Below, piece after piece: positions 1 to 8,058 of a stretch of 32,000 nucleotides of DNA. Positions within the stretch are counted from its first letter, which is position 1. Each line of letters opens with the position of its first letter. Source of the stretch: Microcystis aeruginosa NIES-843 (GTDB taxonomy: Bacteria; Cyanobacteriota; Cyanobacteriia; Cyanobacteriales; Microcystaceae); contig NC_010296.1 in NCBI RefSeq assembly GCF_000010625.1, forward strand, positions 720,001 to 752,000. The letters run 5' to 3'. Both the position numbers and the translations under genes were made by a program. The notes below the pieces were generated by a model. The model saw only the letters and a program-made list of their open reading frames with translations, was not told the origin of the DNA and did not search any database.

Positions 1-130
1 AATCTTTTTCGGTCAGGGATGGGAAAACCGTTATTTAGCCCTAGAACTAAGATCAGGCTTGATTTTCGGCCGCCATTGCCCACCCTTGACCCTGCCCCCA
101 TAAAAGTTTATGGTCAACATTAATAAAATT

Positions 131-173
131 TATGTAAACAAATGTTGCATAGTCTGGGAAGTTATGTTACATT
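131..173. promoter_or_regulatory. HLR1-like (RpaB-box-like) TTACA half-sites upstream of hli
   Basis: GTTACATT lies at 166-173. The minus strand of 131-148 reads GCAACATT-TG-TTTACATA. This resembles the (G/T)TTACA(T/A)(T/A)-N2 direct-repeat element known upstream of hli genes, but one half-site is imperfect. Confidence 0.25.
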
Positions 174-226
174 TAATATCAAGCACTTGAATCAAATGCA
201 ATTTTATTATAGGAAGGCAATTCACC

Positions 227-370
227 ATGGATAAGCAAGAAAACAAACTCGGCTTCACCGCTTTCGCTGAAAACTGGAATGGTCGTTTAGCCATGCTCGG
301 TTTCGTTATTGGCGTAGCTACGGAATACTTAACCCACAAAGGTATCCTTGCTCAATTAGGCTTAATGTAA
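227..370 (+). CDS. hli: High-light-inducible protein (one-helix CAB/ELIP/HLIP family), 47 aa
   Basis: ATG at 227, TAA at 368-370. Translation is MDKQENKLGFTAFAENWNGRLAMLGFVIGVATEYLTHKGILAQLGLM, with the chlorophyll-binding helix motif E-x2-N-G-R-x-A-M-x-G. AGGAAGG lies 10 nt upstream. The ORF is too short for the supplied track, which shows only a spurious antisense ORF here. Confidence 0.85.
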   Translation: MDKQENKLGFTAFAENWNGRLAMLGFVIGVATEYLTHKGILAQLGLM

Positions 371-424
371 TTTCAGCCTCGATTGCTGTGCATCTACAAT
401 CGTCTTGAATAAATTATCAAAAAA

Positions 425-452
425 GGGAGGAGCATCGCTCTTTCCCTTTTTT
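425..452 (+). terminator. Rho-independent terminator after hli
   Basis: GGGAGGAGC (425-433) pairs with GCTCTTTCC (437-445) around loop ATC, giving 9 bp including G-U pairs. A run of six T follows at 447-452. Confidence 0.6.
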
Positions 453-460
453 AGTTGCAG

Positions 461-527
461 GTTGGGGATGGGGGAGTGGGGTGATAGGGAAGTGGGGTCT
501 GGGGTGTGGGGTGTAGGGTGTAGGGTA
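461..527 (+). repeat. G-rich degenerate heptamer array (GGGGTGT/GGGTGTA type)
   Basis: Sequence is gttggggatgggggagtggggtgatagggaagtggggtctggggtgtggggtgtagggtgtagggtag, with many runs of three or more G. Confidence 0.9.
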
Positions 528-614
528 GTTGATGTACTGGAAAATCTCTCAAGTAACCTTGTTTGAGAATACTTGTCGGCAATTCCTGTCTATGGTTAAT
601 TAAGAAAAATAAAC

Positions 615-630
615 TGTAGCGAAATATACT
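615..630 (+). promoter_or_regulatory. Candidate NtcA box (TGTA-N8-TAC) upstream of gdhA
   Basis: TGTAGCGAAATATACT matches the GTA-N8-TAC core of NtcA sites. It lies 45-60 nt upstream of the gdhA ATG at 674. I could not place a clean -10 box. Confidence 0.3.
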
Positions 631-673
631 GTTTTTTCATGTTCTAATGGGGATAGATAGGGGGAAAAAAATC

Positions 674-1969
674 ATGTCGAAATCACTCTTTACCGATGCC
701 AGCAGTCGCCTAGAACGGGCCCTTAAGTATGTCTCCATTTCCGATGATGCGATCGAGCGGTTAAAATATCCCAAAGCTAGTCTCAGCGTCTCCATACCCG
801 TCCGTATGGACAACGGCACTCTGAGAATCTTCCAAGGCTACCGCGTCCGCTACGATGACACCCGCGGCCCCGGCAAAGGAGGGGTGCGCTATCATCCCAA
901 CGTCAGCATTGATGAGGTGCAGTCCCTAGCCTTTTGGATGACCTTTAAATGCGCCCTGCTGGATTTGCCCTTTGGTGGGGCTAAGGGCGGCATTACCCTC
1001 AATCCGAAAGAATTGTCAAAAGCCGAGTTAGAACGCCTTAGCCGGGGCTATATCGAGGGTATAGCCGACTTTATCGGTCCCGATATCGATATTCTTGCCC
1101 CCGATGTCTATACCAACGAGATGATCATGGGTTGGATGATGGACCAGTACAGCATCATTCAGCGTAAAATTAGTCCGGCGGTGGTGACGGGGAAACCTTT
1201 AACCATGGGAGGCAGTCGCGGCCGCGATACGGCGACGGGAACGGGGGCTTTTCATGTTATTAACTCTCTTTTGCCGAAATTAGATAAAAAACCCGCTAAT
1301 ACTACCGTAGCCGTCCAAGGATTCGGTAACGCCGGGGCCGTAGTGGCGGATCTCCTCGCCAAAGCCGGTTATCAAGTGGTGGCGGTAAGTGATTCCCAGG
1401 GCGGCATTTATCGGGAAAAAGGCCTAGATATTGCCAGCATTCGTGAGTATAAACAGGAACATCGCGGAATTACTGCTATTTACTGTGAGGGTACTGTGTG
1501 TAATATCGTCGAACACGAAGCGATTAGTAATGAAGAATTGTTAGCCCTAGATGTGGATGTTTTGATTCCAGCAGCCCTAGAAAACCAAATTACCGCCGAA
1601 AATGCCGATCGCGTGCGGGCAAAATATATCTTTGAAGTGGCCAACGGTCCGACTACCTCAGAAGCCGATCGCATTTTAGACTCAAAAGGGATTCTCGTTT
1701 TCCCCGATATTTTGGTTAACGCCGGTGGGGTAACGGTGAGTTATTTTGAATGGGTGCAAAATCGCAGCGGTCTTTATTGGCGATTAAACGAGATCAATGA
1801 GCGCTTAAAAGAAAGAATGGTGACAGAAGCGGAAAAAGTCTGGTCTTTCGCCCAGGAATTCGATATATCTCTGCGTAACGCCGCCTACGCCCAGGCCATT
1901 GCTCGTCTCGGAGAAGCCCTAGATGCCAAGGGAACCCGCGATTATTATCAAAATAAGACGAGAGCTTAA
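674..1969 (+). CDS. gdhA: Glutamate dehydrogenase (Glu/Leu/Phe/Val dehydrogenase family)
   Basis: The catalytic-region motif KGGVRYHP...LPFGGAKGG and the Rossmann motif GFGNAG are present, and length fits the family. I prefer the ATG at 674 (MSKSLF...) over the track start at 647. Confidence 0.95.
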   Translation: MSKSLFTDASSRLERALKYVSISDDAIERLKYPKASLSVSIPVRMDNGTLRIFQGYRVRYDDTRGPGKGGVRYHPNVSIDEVQSLAFWMTFKCALLDLPFGGAKGGITLNPKELSKAELERLSRGYIEGIADFIGPDIDILAPDVYTNEMIMGWMMDQYSIIQRKISPAVVTGKPLTMGGSRGRDTATGTGAFHVINSLLPKLDKKPANTTVAVQGFGNAGAVVADLLAKAGYQVVAVSDSQGGIYREKGLDIASIREYKQEHRGITAIYCEGTVCNIVEHEAISNEELLALDVDVLIPAALENQITAENADRVRAKYIFEVANGPTTSEADRILDSKGILVFPDILVNAGGVTVSYFEWVQNRSGLYWRLNEINERLKERMVTEAEKVWSFAQEFDISLRNAAYAQAIARLGEALDAKGTRDYYQNKTRA

Positions 1970-1970
1970 G

Positions 1971-2088
1971 GTCGTCAGTCGTCGGTCGTCGGTCGTCTGG
2001 AAATAAATAGGGTGATAGGGTTTTGGGGTGATAGGGTGATGAGACAGCTTCCCCACCCCCCAATTCATAATTCATAATTCATAATTCC
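1971..2088. repeat. Three different short tandem arrays in one 120-bp spacer
   Basis: GTCGTCN x4 lies at 1971-1998. A GGGTGATA-type G-rich stretch lies at 2008-2043. AATTCAT x3.8 lies at 2062-2088. Confidence 0.9.
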
Positions 2089-2104
2089 CTAAATATTGGA
2101 GAGC

Positions 2105-4840
2105 ATGATGCCAGTTCAATTATCATTGCCCTTGTATCATCAACTTTCTCAACCAGAGGTGATTGAATACTTGACCAGCGATGGGTCAGCGGGCTTATCA
2201 GCAGAAGAAGTGGCCAGTCGCTACGAAAAATATGGCCCGAATGAACTGCGATTTAAGCCGGGGAAACCAGCTTGGTTGAGGTTTTTGCAGCAATTTCATC
2301 AGCCACTACTCTATATTCTCTTGCTTGCGGGTACTATTAAGGCATTTTTAGGGTCTTGGACGAATGCCTCGGTGATTTGGGGAGTTACCCTGATCAATGC
2401 CATTATTGGCTATGTGCAGGAAGCTAAGGCGGAAGGTGCGATCGCTTCCCTAGCCAAGGCCGTAACCACAGAAGCGACCGTGTTGCGAGAGGGACAAACC
2501 CTGCGGATTCCATCTCAGGATTTGGTGCCAGGAGATATCGTTTTATTGGCATCGGGGGATAAAGTGCCGGCGGACTTGAGGCTGCTGAAAGTCCGCAATT
2601 TGCAGGTGGATGAGTCTGCCCTGACCGGGGAATCCTTGCCCGGGTCAAAAGCGATCGAACCCTTACCCGGGGATACGCCCCTAGCAGAAAGGACAAACAT
2701 GGCCTACGCAGGGAGTTTTGTTACCTTTGGACAGGGCAAAGGGATTGTTGTCTCTACGGCCAATGCCACCGAAGTGGGGCAGATTTCCCAGTCGATGGAA
2801 AGCCGAGTCAGCCTTAGCACACCCCTGACCCGTAAATTTGCCCAATTTAGCCGCACCCTACTCTACGCAATTTTGACCCTAGCAACCTTGACCTTTGCCA
2901 TCGGGTTAGGACGGGGGAAATCTTGGATCGATATGTTTGAAGCTGCCGTTGCCCTGGCAGTGAGTGCGATTCCAGAAGGGCTGCCGGCAGTAGTAACGAT
3001 TACCTTGGCCATTGGGGTCAACCGCATGGCCCGTCGCAATGCGATTATTCGTAAACTGCCCGCAGTGGAAGCATTGGGGAGTGCGACCGTCATTTGTTCT
3101 GACAAAACCGGAACCCTGACCGAAAATCAAATGACTGTACAGTCCATTTATACTGAAGGGCAATATTACGCCGTTAGTGGTGGTGGCTATAGTCCCAAGG
3201 GCGAAATTAGTCTGATCACCGATGGCAACCCTGGCAGCCCGTTTGCAGAGGAATTACCCCCGGCCCTAGGGGATTGTCTGGTAGCTGGTTTGCTTTGTAA
3301 TGACTCCGGGCTAAAACAAACGGGAGAAGATTGGTCAGTGGTGGGGGATCCTACGGAAGGGGCGCTGATTGCGGCCGCCGCCAAAGCAGGTCTCAGTCAA
3401 TTGGGGCTATTGTCTTTAACCCCACGATTAGATGCAATTCCCTTTGAATCTGAGTACCAATACATGGCAACCCTGCATGATGGGATACCTCGCCTGATCT
3501 ATGTCAAGGGATCGGTTGAGTCGCTAATGCGTCGTTGTTCCCAGATGATCGATCGCTATGGTCAGATGACCGCGCTTAACGCCCAACAGATCGAGCAAGC
3601 GGTAGAAACGATGGCAGAGCAGGGTTTACGGGTGCTTGCCTTCGCCAAAAAAGCAGCCGCTTCTCATCAGCATTCTATCGACCATGAGGATATCGAAACA
3701 GGCTTGGTGTTTCTAGGATTACAGGGCATGATTGACCCGCCTCGTCCAGAGGCGATCGCTGCTGTTCATGCCTGTCAAACTGCTGGGATTCGCGTCAAGA
3801 TGATTACTGGTGATCATCTTGTCACGGCGCGGGCGATCGCGGAACGGATGGGCATTAAAACGGCAGCACAAGTCTTAGCATTTGAGGGAAAACAATTAGC
3901 GCAAATGGATAATCATCAACTGGCCCAAGCGGTTGAAGATGGATCGGTATTTGCCAGGGTTGCCCCTACCCAAAAACTGCAACTGGTGGAAGTACTCCAG
4001 TCTCAAGGAGAAATCGTGGCGATGACGGGCGATGGTGTTAATGATGCGCCGGCTCTCAAGCAGGCCGATATCGGCATTGCCATGGGGAAAGGAGGAACGG
4101 AAGTCGCCCGGGAATCTGCTGATATGCTCCTCACTGATGATAACTTTGCCTCGATCAAGGCTGCTGTCGAAGAAGGACGCACCGTTTATCAAAATTTACG
4201 CAAAGCAATCTCCTTTCTCTTACCTGTCAATGGTGGCGAATCGATGACCATTCTGATCAGTACTTTACTGGCGCGAGATTTACCGATCCTCTCCCTACAA
4301 GTACTCTGGTTGAACATGATCAACTCGGTCACGATGACTGTTCCCCTGGCCTTTGAAGCAAAATCCCCCGGCATTATGCAGTCACCACCACGCAATCCCA
4401 ATGAACCTTTGATCACCAAAAAACTATTGCGCCGAATTTTGGCTGTTTCATTGTTTAACTGGATTCTGATTTTTGGTATGTTTGAGTGGGCTAAATCGAC
4501 CACAGGAGATATTGCCGTTGCCCGCACAATGGCAATTCAATCCCTTGTGGCAGCACGGGTTATCTATCTGCTCAGTATCAGTCAATTAGGGATGAGCCTA
4601 GTTAACTACCTGCGTCGTCAGTCAACCTCGATTACTAATGCACCGATCCTAATTTTGGGGATTGTGGCTGCTGTTGCCCTACAAATTTTGTTTAGCCAAT
4701 GGGGGGTGATGAACAGTCTGTTTGCAACGGCGACCCTAACCGGTCATCAATGGCTAATCTGTTTGTTGCCGATGCCGCTCATGGTACTTTGGGCAATTTT
4801 TGCCAATGTTATCGATCCTCCTCATTGTCATGGAAAATAA
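2105..4840 (+). CDS. Cation-transporting P-type ATPase (type II, PacL/Ca2+-ATPase-like)
   Basis: P-type motifs TGES (LTGESLP), DKTGTLT, MITGD and [10 protein letters not shown] are present, with multiple C-terminal transmembrane segments. The start is ambiguous between TTG 2096 and ATG 2105 or 2108. Confidence 0.95.
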   Translation: MMPVQLSLPLYHQLSQPEVIEYLTSDGSAGLSAEEVASRYEKYGPNELRFKPGKPAWLRFLQQFHQPLLYILLLAGTIKAFLGSWTNASVIWGVTLINAIIGYVQEAKAEGAIASLAKAVTTEATVLREGQTLRIPSQDLVPGDIVLLASGDKVPADLRLLKVRNLQVDESALTGESLPGSKAIEPLPGDTPLAERTNMAYAGSFVTFGQGKGIVVSTANATEVGQISQSMESRVSLSTPLTRKFAQFSRTLLYAILTLATLTFAIGLGRGKSWIDMFEAAVALAVSAIPEGLPAVVTITLAIGVNRMARRNAIIRKLPAVEALGSATVICSDKTGTLTENQMTVQSIYTEGQYYAVSGGGYSPKGEISLITDGNPGSPFAEELPPALGDCLVAGLLCNDSGLKQTGEDWSVVGDPTEGALIAAAAKAGLSQLGLLSLTPRLDAIPFESEYQYMATLHDGIPRLIYVKGSVESLMRRCSQMIDRYGQMTALNAQQIEQAVETMAEQGLRVLAFAKKAAASHQHSIDHEDIETGLVFLGLQGMIDPPRPEAIAAVHACQTAGIRVKMITGDHLVTARAIAERMGIKTAAQVLAFEGKQLAQMDNHQLAQAVEDGSVFARVAPTQKLQLVEVLQSQGEIVAMTGDGVNDAPALKQADIGIAMGKGGTEVARESADMLLTDDNFASIKAAVEEGRTVYQNLRKAISFLLPVNGGESMTILISTLLARDLPILSLQVLWLNMINSVTMTVPLAFEAKSPGIMQSPPRNPNEPLITKKLLRRILAVSLFNWILIFGMFEWAKSTTGDIAVARTMAIQSLVAARVIYLLSISQLGMSLVNYLRRQSTSITNAPILILGIVAAVALQILFSQWGVMNSLFATATLTGHQWLICLLPMPLMVLWAIFANVIDPPHCHGK

Positions 4841-4883
4841 CTAATCGTGAATTCTTGACCGCAGCTACCAAGACTGGCGGTTT

Positions 4884-5918
4884 TTATTCCCCTAATTGCC
4901 AGGTTATCTCTTCACCCGCTCGTAACGGCACCAGTCCGGATTCGGGAAAGGGCAATTCATCGGGAATGCGCCAAGGGCTTTTGGTTAAGGTGATTTGTTC
5001 GGTATTTCGGGGGAGTTGATAAAAATCTGGACCGTGGAAGCTGGCGAACCCTTCTAGTTGATCGATCGCATCGACACTCTCAAAAGCTTCTGCGTACAAC
5101 TCTAGGGCGTGCAGAGCCGAATAACAACCCGCGCAGCCACAGGAACTTTCTTTGCTGTAGCGAGAATGGGGCGCGCTATCGGTCCCCAGAAAAAACTTGG
5201 GATTCCCCGATGTGGCCGCTTGCAAAAGTGCCAAACGATGATCCTCTCGTTTCAAAATCGGCAGGCAATAAAAATGAGGACGAATGCCACCGGTAAAGAG
5301 AATGTTTCGGCTAAACAATAAATGTTGGGGCGTAATTGTGGCGGCGACATTGTTGTTAGCAGATAGAACAAACTTGACCGCATCGGCAGTGGTAATGTGT
5401 TCAAATACGACACGCAGTTTGGGAAATCTTGTTATCAGTGGGATTAAGTGCTTCTCAATGAACACTTTCTCTCGATCGAACACATCAATATCACCATCGG
5501 TAACTTCTCCGTGCAGTAGTAGCGGCATATCTACCTGCTCCATCGCTGCCAAAACGCCATCGCACCTACGAAGGTCCGTCACCCCCAAGTCGGAATTAGT
5601 TGTCGCACCGGCCGGGTAGTATTTCACCGCTTTGACAAACTGGGAGGCTTTCGCCGCCACGATTTCTTCGGGACTGGTATTATCGGTGAGATAGAGGGTC
5701 ATCAGTGGCTCGAACTGTTGACCCTCTGGAACTGCTGCCAGAATGCGCTCGCGATAGGAGGCAGCATCAGCCACCGAGCGCACTGGGGGCTTTAAATTCG
5801 GCATGATAATGGCACGGGCAAACTGACGCACCGTATGGGGTAGAACCGCTTTCATTGCCGCACCATCGCGGAGATGAAGGTGCCAGTCGTCGGGTCGAGT
5901 CATTGTGAGTCTTCGCAT
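4884..5918 (-). CDS. pyrC: Dihydroorotase, homodimeric (class II) type
   Basis: The N-terminal [12 protein letters not shown] metal-binding motif is present. The 344-aa length matches PyrC. Confidence 0.95.
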   Translation of the reverse strand: MRRLTMTRPDDWHLHLRDGAAMKAVLPHTVRQFARAIIMPNLKPPVRSVADAASYRERILAAVPEGQQFEPLMTLYLTDNTSPEEIVAAKASQFVKAVKYYPAGATTNSDLGVTDLRRCDGVLAAMEQVDMPLLLHGEVTDGDIDVFDREKVFIEKHLIPLITRFPKLRVVFEHITTADAVKFVLSANNNVAATITPQHLLFSRNILFTGGIRPHFYCLPILKREDHRLALLQAATSGNPKFFLGTDSAPHSRYSKESSCGCAGCYSALHALELYAEAFESVDAIDQLEGFASFHGPDFYQLPRNTEQITLTKSPWRIPDELPFPESGLVPLRAGEEITWQLGE

Positions 5919-6028
5919 TGTTCAATCATACTACGGTTAGGGTTCCCATCACCAAACACAAGGGTTTTAGTTGATTGGAAAGAACCTTTGATTTTAAGTA
6001 GCTGGTTACAATTAAATTAAAAATGAAT

Positions 6029-7450
6029 GGCTCTTCGTTACCCTTTATGCTAAATCAACATACAAGATGCCAAGATAACATACTTCTAACCCAAAAATTC
6101 CGAAAGTTTCTAAAGCCATAGCCTCTCCGTTTTATTAGTTTAAGTTTATTGTTGATTCCCTCGACCACCCCATTCGTTGTCCTTCGCTCAAAATAACTAA
6201 TGATTTCTCCAAACCAGTTTCGGATTGTTTGACAACTCTTGGTAAAAACACTGGAGGATTTTGCCAACCATTCCGAGATGGATAGCAGTCCCTCTGTCGG
6301 ATTATTTGAGGTTTCATAAATCGTTCTTAATTCTTCCTTTAATTCCTGCATCTTTTTCAAATTTGGGAATTTTTCTTTGATAGCTTCTAGTTTAATTTTT
6401 TGGGGTTCCGTTAAATCTTCTTCATTTTTTAACAGGCTATATTTACTTCGCTTTAAAACTTCTAGCTTCGCTTCTTTTTCCGCTTTCTGTTTTTTATTTT
6501 TCTGCGCTTCTACGGCTCTTTTTTCCGCTCTTCTCTGTTCGTCTAACTCTTGATTAATTTGTTTCATTACATGGAATCTATCGGCGACTACTTCGGCCGA
6601 TGGCATCAATTCTTTCACCAAATTTTTATAAGGCAACCAAAGGTCTATGCTCACTTCTTCAATTTGCTCTAACACCTCTTTTCCCCAGCCCGTAAGCGTT
6701 TCTCTCAACTCTTCTTGTGTTCGCTTCTCTAGAATAGCTATTAGTTTTCCCGTATCTAAATTTACTAAAACCGCACAGTAATTTTTTTGTCCTTTGACTA
6801 GAGCGATTTCATCAATTCCTAGTCTTTTTAATTCCGATAGGTCTGGCTCTGTAATTTCTTCGGCGATGTCCTCTATCATTCTTTGAATCTCTTCTTCCGT
6901 TACGTCATTTATTCGACTAACATTTAAAATATCTCCTTCTTTTAATTGTTCGAGTATATTTGCGGCTAGTCTTTTCGTATAGGTTCGTTTCTTGGCGACA
7001 AAATCTAACTCTTCGCTCAAGGGTCTCTGACAATTATCGCACTTAAATTGACGACGATTAATTTGTAGGTATACTGGTTGACCTGAGATTGGTAAATCTT
7101 TGACTAAATGTCGATGATTTTGGTGGAGTTTATCGCTCTCTAACCCACAACGAGGACAGGTTGCTTTTTGATTTTTCGATTCGATTCGGCAAACTATACC
7201 GATATTTTCTAGGTGTAGATAGCCTTGAATACAGGTTCCTTTTAGGTTCAAAAATTTGTCAAGTATCATAAGTAAAATAATCTCGTTTTTGGCTATTATA
7301 TCAAATCTTAACTCAATTGTCTATCTTTTGGTATTAACCTGTTTGTGCCTTAAGTCCTTTCCTGTATGGATTTCAGCTACTTTTGAGCGTAGGCGCTCTC
7401 ATCGAATTTTATTTTAAGTTAATTATTTGCATAACAATTCCCGAAGAGCC
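6029..7450 (-). mobile_element. ISL3-family insertion sequence, 1422 bp
   Basis: The terminal inverted repeats are GGCTCTTCGTTACCCTTTATGC (6029-6050) and GCATAACAATTCCCGAAGAGCC (7429-7450). A perfect 8-bp TSD AAATGAAT lies at 6021-6028 and 7451-7458. Confidence 0.9.
6055..7269 (-). CDS. ISL3-family transposase
   Basis: The 404-aa protein has an N-terminal Cys-rich zinc-finger region (CPRCG...CDNC) and a DDE-type core. It lies inside the IR-bounded element. Confidence 0.9.
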   Translation of the reverse strand: MILDKFLNLKGTCIQGYLHLENIGIVCRIESKNQKATCPRCGLESDKLHQNHRHLVKDLPISGQPVYLQINRRQFKCDNCQRPLSEELDFVAKKRTYTKRLAANILEQLKEGDILNVSRINDVTEEEIQRMIEDIAEEITEPDLSELKRLGIDEIALVKGQKNYCAVLVNLDTGKLIAILEKRTQEELRETLTGWGKEVLEQIEEVSIDLWLPYKNLVKELMPSAEVVADRFHVMKQINQELDEQRRAEKRAVEAQKNKKQKAEKEAKLEVLKRSKYSLLKNEEDLTEPQKIKLEAIKEKFPNLKKMQELKEELRTIYETSNNPTEGLLSISEWLAKSSSVFTKSCQTIRNWFGEIISYFERRTTNGVVEGINNKLKLIKRRGYGFRNFRNFWVRSMLSWHLVC

Positions 7451-7576
7451 AAATGAATTTTAGGTTCGATCCCCCCTGCCCCCCTAAGGGGGGTGCCGAT
7501 AGGTGGGGGGATCTGATAACTTTTAACGCCTACCTACTTAGCGGCGAAATTGATTTGACGGTGACGATAATTCCTC

Positions 7577-7606
7577 TTGACAAAATCCCAGCACTTGACA
7601 TATACT
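7577..7606 (+). promoter_or_regulatory. Sigma70-type promoter candidate in unit A1
   Basis: TTGACA lies at 7577-7582, followed by an 18-nt spacer and TATACT at 7601-7606. An inverted repeat of AGAGGA-TAAT-TCCTCT type overlaps the -35 in the repeat junctions. Confidence 0.4.
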
Positions 7607-7875
7607 TATTTATATAATGGGAATCCGTGCCTGCCTGCGACCCCCTCATTTTCAGGCAAGATAGACTTAGGAAAATTAAATTTTGAGCGCACACGATGCG
7701 CTTATTGTAATTAGTACAATCATATTATTCTCTGGAGCGATTGCAGAGGATAATTCCCCTTGACAAAATCCCACTGTGGGGAAATATCTAGATTAAATTT
7801 TGGGCGCACGCGATGCGCTTCTACAATTAGTACAATCATATTATTCTCTGGACTGATTGCAGAGGATAATTCCTC

Positions 7876-7905
7876 TTGACAAAATCCCAGCACTTGACAT
7901 ATACT
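7876..7905 (+). promoter_or_regulatory. Sigma70-type promoter candidate in unit A2
   Basis: TTGACA lies at 7876-7881, followed by an 18-nt spacer and TATACT at 7900-7905. The perfect inverted repeat AGAGGATAATTCCTCT at 7861-7876 abuts the -35. Confidence 0.4.
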
Positions 7906-8058
7906 TATTTATATAATGGGAATCCGTGCCTGCCTGCGACCCCCTCATTTTCAGGCAAGATAGACTTAGGAAAATTAAATTTTGAGCGCACACGATGCGC
8001 TTGTTGTAATTAGTACAATCATATTATTCTCTGGAGCGATTGCATTCGTCCTCTTTAA

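Larger units (their letters stand above)
5995..7540. mobile_element. MITE family 1, copy 1, split by a nested ISL3 element
   Basis: The left part is 5995-6028 (TAAGTAGCTGGTTACAATTAAATT...) and the right part is 7451-7540 (...AACGCCTACCTACTTA). Joined, they give ~116 bp colinear with the intact copy at 11887-11991. The termini TAAGTAG / CTACTTA are inverted. Confidence 0.85.
7566..8044 (+). repeat. Non-coding A-B-A tandem module array (period 299 bp)
   Basis: Unit A1 is 7566-7748, unit B is 7749-7864 and unit A2 is 7865-8044. A1 and A2 are near-identical. A and B share a ~99-bp block but differ in an 84-nt versus 18-nt insert. No ORF of 60 aa or more occurs in any frame. Confidence 0.9.

Noticed and set aside
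1-123. Possible 3' end of a gene running in from the left edge (frame 2 open to TAA 101-103; frame 1 open to TAA 121-123)
   Set aside because: Two frames are open over only 33-41 codons and I recognise neither peptide. This is too little evidence to call a CDS.
130-339. 69-aa minus-strand ORF from the track
   Set aside because: It is fully antisense to a well-supported Hlip gene, and its sequence is compositionally odd with no recognisable motif.
2424-4527. Multiple 60-112-aa minus-strand and off-frame ORFs inside the P-type ATPase gene
   Set aside because: They are all nested within a strongly supported 914-aa CDS and are typical shadow ORFs.
5109-5619. Plus-strand ORFs of 70 and 111 aa within pyrC
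   Set aside because: They are antisense to a confidently identified dihydroorotase gene.
7463-7472. tRNA-like GGTTCGATCC (T-arm consensus) in every MITE family-1 copy
   Set aside because: No acceptor, D or anticodon arms can be drawn around it. It is part of the MITE, not a tRNA gene.
7617-7724. Mini-ORFs inside unit A: MGIRACLRPPHFQAR on the plus strand, and MIVLITISASCALKI on the minus strand (a type I toxin-like hydrophobic peptide)
   Set aside because: There is no convincing ribosome-binding site. The minus-strand peptide is not conserved in unit B, where nucleotide changes alter it and read through its stop. The plus-strand ORF lies in the A-specific insert only.
7566-8044. CRISPR array as an explanation for the repeat-and-variable-insert pattern
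   Set aside because: The conserved block is ~99 bp, against 28-37 bp for CRISPR repeats. Two of the three inserts are identical, there are only about 2.6 units, and no cas genes are nearby.
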